Positions 50,401 to 61,866 are shown, numbered from the stretch's first letter. The stretch is DNA of 64,000 bases from Selaginella moellendorffii (GCF_000143415.4 NW_003314338.1:124001-188000); one strand, 5' to 3'. Made by a program: numbers and translations. Notes: generated by a model not told the origin, from the letters alone.

Positions 50401-50714
50401 GTCCATCTCGGACTCCACTTCGGACTCCAACTCAAGTCCATCTCGGACTCCACTTCGGACTCCAACTCGAGTCCATCTCGGACACTTCCACGTGTCATGT
50501 GTTGGTCCTTTTGGGTCCCTTTTTGGAGCCTTGCTTTTTGCTCGCTTCGTGCTCGTTCCTCGAGCACTTCTTTGGGAGTTCCACTCCCGCTCTTGACTTT
50601 TTAAGTCGGAGCTTTTGGTCCAAACGTGTTACGCTCGTTTGGCTCTCACTTCAGCCACTACCACATGGCACCCTTCCGGCTCCACTTTGGGGCCTAGGGA
50701 TTTTGTGTCTCACA

Positions 50715-50790
50715 TGAGGATGACGTGAAAAGAGTGTTTCCGAGTTTTGGTTATAATTTGGATGACATTCCTGAGAAAGGGGAGAATTGA
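50715..50790 (+). pseudogene. End of element C pol (chromodomain tail)
   Basis: Removing B2 restores ATWETEDDVKRVFPSFGYNLDDIPEKGEN*. Confidence 0.85.
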
Positions 50791-51522
50791 GTTTTATAAC
50801 CATATTACTATATGATTTGAGCTATTTGTTCTATTCTCATTCTCTTGTTTCTATGACCGTATTGTCATGTGAGAAAGCCATATTGCTTTCTTTCTTTCGT
50901 GGCCATTTGTCGTGACATTGGTGTTGCTGTTTGCACATCTTTTCTCCATGGCCATCTTGCCTTGGACTCCTTTCATGTGAGGCTCATTTAACTTCTCGAA
51001 ACTAGTGTATGTGGCTGGGTCATGAGGGAGGGGATAATAACAAGAACCACAAGAATATTCCAAGAATATTCCATGGCCTGTGGGATTTAAGGCCATAGCG
51101 CCTTAAGGGTTGGGAGGTTGGCCTAAGGTTCACTCTCTTGTTCGTTTCACAGTTGGTATCCTGCTCAGGTGACAGTTGGAGCCTTCTGGACTAGTTGATT
51201 TCCTCATGGCTCCTCCAAGGCTTTAGCATCGCTCCAAAGGCTGACCACGCCCGGCAACGGCACAAGACACACGACATCGTGCCACAGGTTACAACAAACA
51301 CCACGCTCGTCGACTTTTACGAGTTTGCATGCAGCGCATGAGCATGCACAAGGTTGACTCAACTCGACGCTTGGCTGTCGGCTGAGGCGGCAACGGTACC
51401 CCTAAGTCTAGATGCACTATCCAGGCAACCCCGGAGAGACTTCACTCGGGAACCTTTAAAACAGAGTGACAGACAACAGACAATTATTCTCTCCGTTTCT
51501 ATTCATCTGCTACACACAGTTC

Positions 51523-53061
51523 TTACCGGATCCGGTCTTGTATGTCTGCAAGAAGGCTCGACGCAAACGAGCTGAGCTTCTTCCCAGTCTGGCCAGCCAT
51601 TTGTTTCAACGCGGACATGTCCTGAGAGGCCTGAAAAATCACCCAGGTCACTTATATATATATATATATACACAACCAAGCCTCTCTCACGCACCTGCAT
51701 TGATAATCTTGTCACGAGTTCCGATGCGGTCAGATCTGCGGACGATGCAACGGAGTTGCCTTCGTTTCGGTCGAAGAAGTCGGCACTTGATATGGACGAC
51801 GAGTTCTGCAAGCCAGTGTTCAAGGGATAACTAGTCCGTGTCAAAAACAAGCTTACCGCGAATTTTTGCAGGCGCACGTTGTTATCTACATCCGCAACCT
51901 TGCTGGGATCGTTGAAAAACTGCGCAGAGGATATAGACTTGGCATTTGAAAACTTTCGTTGAGCCTCGTCACTTTCTTCAACCTGTAAACGAGGAGTGTG
52001 ATAAGATCAATCTACTATGGCGCTGCTACTCAGATCGGTACCTGGGTCTTAGATCGACTGGAACGGGAGGAACTCTTCGCCTCGGAACTGAAGTCGGAGA
52101 AAAAGTCGGTTTTACTGGACGGTGCCACCACGTGCCCGGAGTTTGTAGACACGGCAGGTGGATCGTCATCGTCGGCATAGACGAAACGAGATCTAGGAGC
52201 AGGAGCAGCTTGCACAACCGCAGGAGAAGGCGCCGCCCCCGCTGCTGCTGCTGCTGTCTCTGTCTCTGCCGGCTTCTGATCATACAGGTTGTCACTAGTC
52301 TGCAAACAGGAATGAGAGTTTTCAGTATACGAGCGAGCGGCCAAGGGAAGTTGAAAAACACAACCTTGGTGGTGAGCTTCTTCACACCCAGGCCTCCACC
52401 CGACTTTCCACCTCCAATCTTTCTCAAGCCAACAGCGGAGGCCTTTTTGGGAAGGGCGACAGCAGGAGTGACAACAGGGGGTAGCAGCGCGGCATCGTTC
52501 TCGACGTGCTCGTCGTCAAAGTGCGGTGAGGCAGGCCCGAGCTTGGGGCTCGCAACTGTGTCAAGTTTGGCGGAATCCTTGGCGAGAACTTGCCTGTAAA
52601 GCTCGGCCGCTCTGGACGTATACTTGGACTCGATCTTGCCACCGTCGGTCCAGCCGTGCTGCTTGAAAAAGGCATGCGCACGACCATTCCCACCAACAAG
52701 CATCAGCTTGAGCTGATCTTGTGTCCACGAGTCGAGATTGGTGGACCTGTGAAGAGCCATTCTCATTCGTCACAAGAATCGAGACCAAGTCACTCTCTCA
52801 CTCGATCGCTCACCTCACGAAGCTTATGTGAACGCCCAGGCTGCGGTGGAGAGCCGAGCAGTCGAGGCAGATGAAGACTCCATAGGGGATTGATGCCCAG
52901 GTTGGGTTCTTCGTGGAGCAATCGAAGCACACCTGCATTAAAACAAAGGAAACAAAGCTAAGCTAGGGGTATGGCGCTCTTAGTACCTTGTTGTCCGCCT
53001 TGGCCTTGAGCCGCCTGAACACGGCGTCTCTCTCCCAGTGCTCGTCCCCTCCGGCAGCCAT
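51523..53061 (-). CDS. ADP-ribosylation factor GTPase-activating protein, AGD8/9/10 (Glo3/ArfGAP2-3) type
   Basis: Seven exons: 53061-52987, 52932-52814, 52746-52365, 52299-52042, 51982-51857, 51805-51695, 51630-51523. ArfGAP zinc finger [43 protein letters not shown] and Glo3 motifs [10 protein letters not shown] and SISSADFF. Confidence 0.93.
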
Positions 53062-53135
53062 GAGCCTAGATCTAGGTCTCCTCCTCCCTTCCTGGTTACC
53101 CTAAATAAGGGCCTAGGGTTTATCGATCCGGGAAA
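53062..53135. promoter_or_regulatory. 74-bp head-to-head interval with telo-box
   Basis: TAGGGTTT at 53114-53121 and ACCCTAAA at ~53098-53105, between two divergent ATGs. Confidence 0.55.
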
Positions 53136-56100
53136 ATGGGGCTCGTCCTGCTGCTCCTCCTGGCGCTCACCGGAGTAATCCAGGCGCTGGCAGCTTACAG
53201 CGATGTGTTCCGCCACGCTTCCGCGCCTCAATTCCACCACGGTGCCTTCCAGGACATCAGCGACAGCATCCGATTCGATGTTCATCGCTTCCTGCATTCT
53301 CGTGCCGAGGTGAGCTAGCTACGCCCTGATTCGATCGATCAGACGGGCTGATTCATGGCGCCAGGTCCCTTTCGAGGTCCCTCTGGAAGTAAATGTGGTG
53401 CTCCTGGGATTTAATGGCGATGGTGGCTACCGCTACACGCTGGATGCGGTCAAGCTCAAGAATGTGCTCAACCAGAGCATTCCCCGCCACAGGCCTGCCT
53501 GCTTGGAGACTGGCCAGCGTCTCGACATTGAGCACAAGCTCTACTACAACGTCATGCCGGTAAAGCCGAGCATCAAAACTTTCCTTTTGGGCCAATTCTT
53601 CGTGTGTTACAGGCCGGCCAGATCGAACTTCTGACTGTCGAGAGCCATCTCAAGGGGGCCATGGTGGCTACCAATTCGACTGCAAGAGAGGTTGTTCTTA
53701 CTGGCATCTTTGTCCTCTCAACTTATGTCTGGGGTTTAGACAGAGTTTGGCAAAGTGCTTCCGTTGTACGAGGTGGAGGCCACCAAAGTTGAGCCGCTTT
53801 TCGACCGCTTGTACAGCTACCTGTTTGGTGTAGAACCGGATGCCAACACGAGCACGCACAAACACTTGCCGGTTGCGATTTTTATCCTTAACCTCGACAA
53901 GGTCTGGCCATTTGCTACTTATAGCTGTTGAATCCTGACATGGTTTGGCAGGTGCGTATGGACCCTCGAATTCCTGTCGACGTCAACAATGCAACACTGT
54001 CCTCGAAAATTGAAGGGCTCACACCTGAACAGCTGAGGGAACAAGAAGGTGGCTATATTTACAAGTATCGCTACAACGAAGGTGCGTCGACGCAGCTTTG
54101 GCTGAGCTCTGGAAGGTGCTAGTGCTTACTGTAGAATGCATATGTCCAGCTTACTTCTCTCTTTCAGGTATGCCGTGATTGATATTGCGGCTGGGCCTTG
54201 TGCATATGGAAAAGTGGACTCGAACGAAGGCAGTGTAGGATACAACACGGTTCCGAGGTTGCAAAGCGTCTTCTTTCCTCGAGGACGGTCTCCGATCCAA
54301 GACACAAAAGCACACAGTGTTTTCTCCGGCCAACTTGTTGCGCTTGTCGCATCTGCTGTTGAGTACTTGATATCACCAGATGTCAGGTGAGCATCTATTG
54401 TTACGTTACGATCGGCTAACGAGTGGTTCGAGCAGGTATGAAACAGTGGACGTTGCGCAGAGGCTTCTGGTTTCTGTCATAATCTTGAGAAACCATCAAC
54501 AAAATACTCTACTTCATTCCGGGGGAAACGATACAATAGACATGGATGCAATCGAGAGAGAGGTATCTGCATCATTGAGACATGTATTGCTCATTCTTTA
54601 CCGGACTTTTGTCAGGTCAAGAAACTGGCCGAGCCGGGGCAGGAGGTAGTTGTCGTTGGAGGAACACATAACTTGCATGACCACGAGAAGCTGGCAATTG
54701 CTGTTAGGAAAGCATATCGCAGTTTGTCAACTCATGAGACTACGAAGGACGGACGGTATCAAGTTCGGATCAAACCTTACCTTGATGGTTCTGTTCTAAG
54801 AGAGGTACACTTGTTATCGATGTCGCAAATAATCATCTTACTGGTACAGTTTGATGCAGGAGTTCAAACTTTCTGCCGATCTTCTAGCGTCGGGGCTTCT
54901 TGAACTTGCGGAGCCGTCCCTCTCAAATAAGTTCTTCAATTACATGGTTGCTCTTTTTGAATGCAATGAAATTTTCTGAACGATTTATGTTGCAGGAGGG
55001 GGAGCCAGATGAGGAGCAGTTCAAACGCGACCCAGTGATCAAATCCTCTTCTCGACAGGATTGGAGGTACGGCAGCAAGCAAGACAAGGAAAATAAGAGA
55101 GCGGAATCCAGATTGCAAAATCCTCCAAATGTGAAGAAAGCCTACGGAACCAGAGTTGTCCCCGTGTAAGTTTTTCTTCTCAGGGCTCCTGCACCATTCT
55201 AAAATGTATTTTCTTGCAGATTTGTGTTGTCACTGGCTGGACTCGATGAGGAACTTCTCATGCAAGGAGAGAGTGCTGTCTGGACAAGTAACGACGCTGT
55301 TTTTGTTGTACAGCACGAAAGCGATCCCTTCAATTTAAGGTCTGCTACGTTTATCTTATATGCTCTCTTGTGACTAATAATGTGGCTATGTGGTAGCTAT
55401 GTTTCGGAGACGGCGAGGATACAAGCAGTTCCAAAGAATCCTCAAAGACACATCATTGCTGGCCTGGCTGCCGTGGTGGGAGGCTTGGTGGCACCATATG
55501 AAAGAGCATCGCATGTTCATCAGCGTCCCCTGGTAAACTGGCTCTGGGGCTCCGGTCATCATCCGTTTGGTCCCTTCTCTAACGCAGCAAAGATTAGCAG
55601 CTTACAAACTGACACGGCGTTGGTACGTGGTGTGGTCTTTGTTAGATTTTCCTTAATCTGATTCTCTCAAACAGCGGAATTCGATTTATGCACGCGTGGA
55701 CCAAGCTCTTCGAGCTATAAGACAATCCACAGAGGTGTGGTTGCAAAAGCAGATGTTTGTTTTTCCTGACCGTGGCCTTTACCAGAGCATCCAATCATTC
55801 ACAAATGAGTTCCTGAAAACTCCGCTTGGAGAGCCTGTGAAGGGTAAGAAGCCACAGTCTGTTGCGGGACTGTGGCTCGACAAATTCTACAAGAAGACTA
55901 CGAACCTTCCCATGCCAATTCCGCACGAGCTGGTCCAGCAACTGGAAACTTACCTGGATGTAAGATCGTCTCTCTATCTTGTGTTGGCTGTTGGTAACTG
56001 TTTGTGGACTCAGGAACTGGAGACGCAGCTGGTGGAAGTGTCGTCTCGTTTGTACAATCATGAACTGCTGGAGGCACATGAAAACTCCACACACCTGCTG

Positions 56101-56345
56101 CAATACACGACATTTGCCAAAGCGTAAGTGGATTCAGAAAGGAACCTCGCATTGTGCTGATTGGTTTCCCATGCTGCAGCTATGTGGAGCATGTCCTGGA
56201 AACGGAGAGAGACCGGATGAGGTGTTGTCATGTGGAGCATTCGATACCAGTCCAGAGCTCCCAGGCCCTGATTTACGGGGTGATATTGCTTACGGGCTTT
56301 GTCATATATTTCCTCGTCATTTCACTTTCAGGTGACAAATGGTAA
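53136..56345 (+). CDS. Conserved plant protein with signal peptide and C-terminal TM helix (Arabidopsis At4g16180-like, from memory)
   Basis: Multi-exon with ~50-nt GT-AG introns. MGLVLLLLLALTG..FHHGAFQDISDSIRFDVHRFLHSRAEVPFEVPLEVNVVLLGFNGDGGYRY..HRPACLETG; C-terminal LIYGVILLTGFVIYFLVISLS. Confidence 0.85.
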
Positions 56346-56667
56346 AGCAAACGAAAAGCTTTTGAGGAACACAATTTTGGCACCTGTGAAATAATAGAAA
56401 CACCTAACGTCTTCGATCGTCAGCAAGCACCTTATCTCCTTGGTGGCTGACCAAGAAATGCATTGTCAGAGTGTCGTCCAGGCATGCCCAAGACTTGAGA
56501 GCAACGTTCACAAAAATGACAACGACCCTTATGGCAGCGAGATGTTGTGAAACTTTGATCATTGGGTAGGAAGGGCTCAGCAGGCAGTCGGATTGGGGAC
56601 TCCTCTTAAGAAAGTGACGAGGCTTTTCAACCGCCAAATCTATATAGTTTTTATAACGACTATGAAC

Positions 56668-56808
56668 ACTGCGTCTTCCATGTCGAGTGCCGAGCTCGTG
56701 ACAAGATTACTATGGCCTTTTGTGTGTACGTATGACCTGGGTGCCCTCTCTGTCCGCATTGAAACAAATGGCTGGGGAAGAACTTCTCAGCTCGTTTGCG
56801 TCGAGCCT
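56668..56808 (+). pseudogene. Inverted, deleted relic of the ARF-GAP gene exon 6-intron-exon 7
   Basis: Blocks CTCGTGACAAGATTA, TGACCTGGGTG, TGTCCGCRTTGAAACAAATGGCTGG and CTCAGCTCGTTTGCGTCGAGCCT match the reverse complement of 51554-51800 in order. Confidence 0.85.
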
Positions 56809-58302
56809 GGATCTAGTCTTTGGGGGCTCAAGCGACGAAACAAACAACCTGTTGATCGAGTCCCGCTGCTTCAGCTTCTCCTGTTCTACAGCCATGACGT
56901 CGGCCTTGTCCGTGAGGCCCTGAGAGCGGTAGGCCTGGATGAGGATGTTGTAGGTGAGGTGGTCGGGCTTGCATCCCTGCTCCTGCATGGCGGCGAAGTA
57001 GCGGTCGATGCTGCTGATGTCGGAGGCCCTCCTGTAGGCGTCGAGCACCGAGTTGTAGAGCGCGGTGTCGGGCTGGACCTTGTGCATGCTCATCTGCTCC
57101 AGCAGCCTGGGGAGCTTGCGCTGCATCCCAAACTTGCCGTAGAAGTTGATGAGCGTGCAGTAGGTGACGGAGTCGGGCCGGACGCCCCCACACTTCATGC
57201 TGGTGAAGGTCTTGAGCATCTGCGTCTTGCGGCCGGCACGGCCATAGGCGTTGATGAGGATGTTGTAGGTGACGGCGTCAACCTGGTAGTGGTACCTGTG
57301 GATGTAGCGCACAACCGCGTGCATCTTGTCGAACATCTCGGCCTTAGCGTAGGCGGCCATGAGCGAGTGGAGCGTGAGCGAGTCGGGGCCGTCGCTGGGC
57401 GTGGTCAGCCTCTGGAACCACTCCTCCATTCGCCGGATGTCGCCGCGGTTGCCAAAGCCTTTGACGATGGCGTTGCGGCTCCAGTGGTCGGGCCTGCACG
57501 AGGGCGAGGGCGACTGGAGCATCTGGAGCGCCAGGTCGTGGAGCTTGTCGAGGGAGCCGCACTTGGCATAGGCGTCGAGGATGATGTTGTAGGTGACGCG
57601 GTTGGGCTGGATGCCTCGGGCGGTCATGTCGGCCAGGAGGTCCGCGGCACGGCTCAGCTGGCCGCAGTCGCAGCACGACTTGATGAGGAGGCTGTAGGTG
57701 AAGACGTCAGGCGAGCAGTGCGGGGTGGCGTTCATGGCTTGGAGCACTTCCATGGCGGTGCTCATCAGGTTGCTGCGCGTGTAGGCGGACATGAGGGCCG
57801 TGAATGCCTCCCGGCTGGGGCCGCAGCCGTCGGCGAGCATGGTCTGGAAGAGGGAGGCGGCCTCGTCCGGCCGCTTGCATTTGCCCAGCATCTCCAGCAT
57901 GCGGATGTAGGTGCCGGCGTATGGCTGGTACCATTGCTGCGAGCGGAGGAGCTCAAACACTTTGAGCGCCGCCTCCCACTGGCCCCGCTGGATCCTGTCC
58001 GACAGTATGTCGAGCAGCGAGCTGGGCAGCAGCTTGCTCGCCTTTCTGGCCATACTCTTGCGCAAGCTCGCCTCCTCGGACGCCATGACCCGGTTTGCCA
58101 CCGTCATGGCCTCCCTGGCCGACCGCTTGTCCTGCCTCGTCTCCCGCCATTGCAAGCGGCTGGGCCGCACGCTCCTGCTGCTTCCGCCGCTGCTATCGCT
58201 GCTGCTGCTGCCGCATTGGACACACATCCTCGTCCATCGCCCATTGCCAAGTGCAGCAGCGAGGTGCCAAGAGGCCGGCCATGGCTCCCGCAGATGAAAC
58301 AT
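56710..58302 (-). CDS. P-type pentatricopeptide repeat protein, probably plastid-targeted (At5g48730-like, from memory)
   Basis: Intronless 530-aa ORF with about ten 35-aa repeats (PDVFTYSLLIKSCC, PNRVTYNIILDAYAKCG, PDSVTYCTLINFYGKFG), WEAALKVFELLRSQQWYQP motif and Ser/Arg-rich N-terminus. Confidence 0.93.
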   Translation of the reverse strand: MFHLREPWPASWHLAAALGNGRWTRMCVQCGSSSSDSSGGSSRSVRPSRLQWRETRQDKRSAREAMTVANRVMASEEASLRKSMARKASKLLPSSLLDILSDRIQRGQWEAALKVFELLRSQQWYQPYAGTYIRMLEMLGKCKRPDEAASLFQTMLADGCGPSREAFTALMSAYTRSNLMSTAMEVLQAMNATPHCSPDVFTYSLLIKSCCDCGQLSRAADLLADMTARGIQPNRVTYNIILDAYAKCGSLDKLHDLALQMLQSPSPSCRPDHWSRNAIVKGFGNRGDIRRMEEWFQRLTTPSDGPDSLTLHSLMAAYAKAEMFDKMHAVVRYIHRYHYQVDAVTYNILINAYGRAGRKTQMLKTFTSMKCGGVRPDSVTYCTLINFYGKFGMQRKLPRLLEQMSMHKVQPDTALYNSVLDAYRRASDISSIDRYFAAMQEQGCKPDHLTYNILIQAYRSQGLTDKADVMAVEQEKLKQRDSINRLFVSSLEPPKTRSRLDANELRSSSPAICFNADREGTQVIRTHKRP

Positions 58303-58346
58303 GCATTACCTAGCTATATAGCATATGGCAGCAGAAAAGCAAGTAC

Positions 58347-59836
58347 TTACGTGGCTCGGAAGAGGAGCATCTCCTGCTGCTTGAAGTATCTCCTCTCCTC
58401 TTGGTCCACTAGCACCAGGTTGAGGTAGTACCTCACACTGAACTTGTTGTTGATGTTGCGGTACGTGGGCGTCAGATCGTAGGGGCTGAGGAAGAGGCGG
58501 ACCGGGATGGATTCACCTGCGCAGCGCAGCGGATGCATGTCATTTGTCGTGCGAGTGAGAGTGAATGGAGTTACCCCGGACTGGTGCCCCGTCCATGATC
58601 TCGTACTTGGCCAGCGTCTCGCTCTCGTTCAGAGTGTTGGGCCCGGAGCCGGTTGACTCTCTACGCCGGATCTCCAGTTCCATGTGCTTGATCTTGATGC
58701 GCACCAGCAAAAAGTAAATCTTCCCAATTATCACGTCCTTGAGATGGTACCTGCGAGCGATGTCAACGTAGTCAACTCCCAGCACACAATAGGTAGAGAA
58801 ACACTGGTACTTGCTCTTGGTGTACTCAAACTCAATGTGCAAGCAGTCCTCGATGCCCACCTCCATCTGTGCGTTGCAAACCAGCTTACTTCAGGCTCCA
58901 AGAGAGTGAGTGACAGGGGCAGACATACCTTGATGCTGGTGTTGATCTCTGGATGGGGATTGAAGTTGCGGACCTTCAAAACAACAAAGCTTTTCATCAT
59001 GGCACTCTCTAAGACACAAACGAATGTGCTTACCCAGAACTCCTTGTGCTCCACAATGTTGGCCGCAACATAGCTCCTGCTCACTGTGACCTTGAGCACA
59101 TAGCTGCAAGGCAACAACCAAGGTGTCAAGGACAGTGGGGGCCGGGGGCAGCTTTCCTTACCGGAGCCTAACATTGACACCGTTGTAGGATTCATACTGC
59201 ATCTCCACGGTGGAGAACTCAAACGGATAGATCTTGCGGTCGTGGATCACTCCTGGCACGTCCAGTTCCCTGACTTTTGCCAGTGCTCACGGATGAGATG
59301 GTAAGAAGCCAAGCTAGTAGGTAGTAGAGAACAGGTTACCAAGAGATGTGAAATCGTAAAAGTGGCCACGGTCCACGTACAGCTCTGCCAAAGAAGAAGA
59401 TAATACATCCATGGGTGTTAAGTGTAATTCCTCACCTATCTGACCCAGGAGCTCGATCTTGACGCCCTGATGCTCGATCCGCTTCCCCGGGAGGGGGTCG
59501 ATCCTCACCTGTGACAGGCACTATTAGCAACGAATGCGGCTCCAAGCGATCAACCAAACCTGGCCGGCGACGCTGTCCTGGCTCCGGAACAATGGCACGG
59601 ACGCCATTTGCCCATTCTCCTTCTTGAGGGTAACCTGGGAATTCGTGGTCCACGTGATTGATTGGCGGATCGATCTTGAGAGCTTTGGATCGACTTACAT
59701 GCTTGCGCGTGTCCTCGTCCGCGAGCTCGATGGAGACGCTGGCCAGCGGGCTGAAGGCTCCCACAAGGAAGTTCTGCGCGCGCACCAAATCTTGTGTCAC
59801 AACAGTTAAAAAGCGAGATCGAGCAAGTGTTACCAT
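58347..59836 (-). CDS. VPS26: Retromer subunit VPS26
   Basis: ATG-only first coding exon (59836-59834), then NFLVGAFSP.., [100 protein letters not shown]. Confidence 0.96.
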
Positions 59837-60000
59837 TGGCCGCAACTCCTCACTCTTTCTTGTGAATGGCCCCCGACGGAATGGCCCCCGACGTGTGCTC
59901 TGGACGAGACTCGAACCCGCGACGTGTGCTCGCTGGTCAATTCAACCACGTCAGCATTTTGTTGACGATGGGCGGCCCAGGCCATTGACGAGAAGCAAGA

Positions 60001-60040
<40 letters not shown>

Positions 60041-60063
60041 GGAGCGAGAGAGGAGGGAGGGAG
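60001..60063 (+). repeat. (GA)n tract in the divergent VPS26/WRKY promoter or 5' UTR
   Basis: GAGAGA run is visible; GAGA tracts are BBR/BPC-type binding sites. Confidence 0.8.
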
Positions 60064-60176
60064 CAATTCATCCGCAGTGGGAAGTGGCCGCGAGGAAGGT
60101 AACTAATAAATAAGCTCAGGCCCCCCGGGAAGAGGAAGGAGGTGAGGAGATAGCAGTACCCTAGGGAGCGCCCAGG

Positions 60177-61758
60177 ATGGAACGAGGAGAAGGGAGCGGG
60201 CGCGGTGGTCTCGTCGTGTCAAAGCCGGTCAGACCTCACCTGGCAGTCCTGCCGCCCCGGCCCTCCGTGGAAGCGCTCTTGCGGAGCAGCGATTTGAGCC
60301 GCAGCCCCATGGGCGTGGTGGCCAATTTCCTAGCTGAGCAGGACCCCGACTCCAGCTCCATTTCCTTCACCAGCCTCCTGCAAGGGGCGCTCGCCTCGCC
60401 ATCGCCCAAGATCCTCTCGCGCTTCAAGTCGTCGCCACTCGACTCGCCGCTGCTGCTCTCTTCTTCGGCGCTGGTAAGCCTGTCTTTGTTTTCGTTTCTC
60501 GTGCTGCCGTCTAACCTTGCATTAACGGCCTGGTGCCTCAGGCAGAGCCATCTCCTACCACGGGTTTCCATGTCGTCAATCCCTTGGCATGGCATCCTCC
60601 GCCGTCTCCACTGCCACTGGTATGCTGTTGCTCTTCTCCAGGGAAATCTACTAATGCCCTGCTTGTTTCCAGTCTCCTTTGGGAGGGGTGTCTCACGGCC
60701 AACTTCTGGCACAAGTCCAGTCGCACGCGCAAGTGTTGCAGCAGCAGCAGCAGCAGCAGCAGAAGCCAGCGGACAGCAACAAGCAGGAGGAGGATGACGA
60801 GCACGGGGAGCAGCAAGACGAGGACACGAGCGTTGCTCTGGTGCCTGCTGCTCCTGCGGTGACAAGAGCAAGCGCAAGCGCATCAACACCCGCTCCAGAG
60901 CACGACGGCTACAACTGGCGCAAGTATGGGCAGAAGCAGGTCAAGGGGTGTGACAATCCGCGGAGCTACTACCGCTGCACGCACCCGGACTGCTCCGCCA
61001 AGAAGCTGGTGGAGCGCTCCGTGTCTGGAGAAACGACGCAGATTGTGTACAAAGGCGACCACAGCCACTCCAAGCCGCAGATGATCCGGAGGCTGGCGGT
61101 GACCCGCGTGCAACCGGACGACGGCAGCAAGAGGACTCTGGTGCTTGTGCCCGGCGGCGCCACCCCCACGCCTGCCCAGCGCCATGCCAGCAACAGCAAC
61201 AGCAGCGACGTGGAGGAGGAGGAGGAGGAGCAAGAGGCGGAGGACGGGGAGGAGCCGGATGCCAAGCGCAGGTAACAAAGAATGCCTTTGAGACAAGCTT
61301 GAGACACTTGACTCACCTGAGTCGCCATGCTGCTTGTGCAGGAGACGGGACGGGATGAATGCCTCGAGCAGAAGCAGCGGCAGCGGCAGCCGCGAGGCAC
61401 CCGTTGTGGTGCACACCAACAGCGAAGTGGACGTGCTCGACGACGGCTACCGCTGGAGAAAATACGGGCAGAAGGTTGTCAAAGGCAATCCCAACCCAAG
61501 GTGAGCTCGTTTCTAGCTAAGGAGATCTTGGTTTTGATTGGTTTAAACTCTCGCCGTGTGTCCAGGAGCTACTACAGGTGCACAAACCCGGGGTGCCCCG
61601 TGAGGAAGCATGTGGAGAGAGCAGCGGACGATCCAAAGGCAGTCATCACCTCGTACGAAGGCAAGCACGACCACGACACACCCGCTGCCAGGGGCGGCGC
61701 CGCTTCCACGTCCACCACTAGCACAAAGCTCCTCCCTGCTCCTCCTCTCTCCGCCTAG
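60177..61758 (+). CDS. Group I WRKY transcription factor (WRKY3/4-like)
   Basis: Exons ~60177-60473, 60542-60619, 60673-61271, 61342-61500, 61567-61758. Two WRKYGQK domains with C2H2 fingers, AEPSPTTG motif and the conserved PR-type intron in the C-terminal domain. Confidence 0.94.
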
Positions 61759-61827
61759 AGTACGGTAGCCTAGCTTACGCCTAGACTAACCAGCAAAAAT
61801 GCAGCAACCTAACTCTGGGGGACAGTT

Positions 61828-61866
61828 TATATAAAGTGAAAACCCTAAACCTGGGCCGCCTGGGTT
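61828..61866 (+). promoter_or_regulatory. ATM promoter elements: TATA-like, telo-box, site II
   Basis: TATATAAA at ~61828-61835, AAACCCTAA at 61840-61848 and TGGGCC at 61852-61857. Confidence 0.55.

Larger units (their letters stand above)
33879..50714 (-). mobile_element. Full-length family B element B2 inserted in the chromodomain of C
   Basis: 5' LTR at 48899-50714. PBS TGGTATCGGAGC at 48884-48895 (-). 3' LTR at 33879-35371 plus 44505-44844, split by A2. PPT next to 44845. Perfect TSD TGAGG at 33874-33878 and 50715-50719. Confidence 0.95.
28276..51149 (+). mobile_element. Ty3/gypsy chromovirus C with ~100-bp LTRs; host of nested insertions
   Basis: LTRs at 28276-28374 (TGACACGAAC...GTTCGTTTCA) and 51038-51149. 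PBS TGGTATCCAAGC at 28376-28387. PPT GAGGGAGGGGATAA at 51024-51037. TSD CAGTA/CAGTT. Gag, RNase H, integrase and chromodomain relics lie between the LTRs. Confidence 0.85.

Noticed and set aside
51150-51162. TGGTATC after C's 3' LTR as the PBS of a tandem or host element
   Set aside because: Only a 7-nt match, overlapping the TSD, with no supporting internal sequence downstream.
56593-58428. 611-aa plus-strand ORF
   Set aside because: Antisense shadow of the GC3-rich PPR gene; non-ATG start and no recognisable domain.
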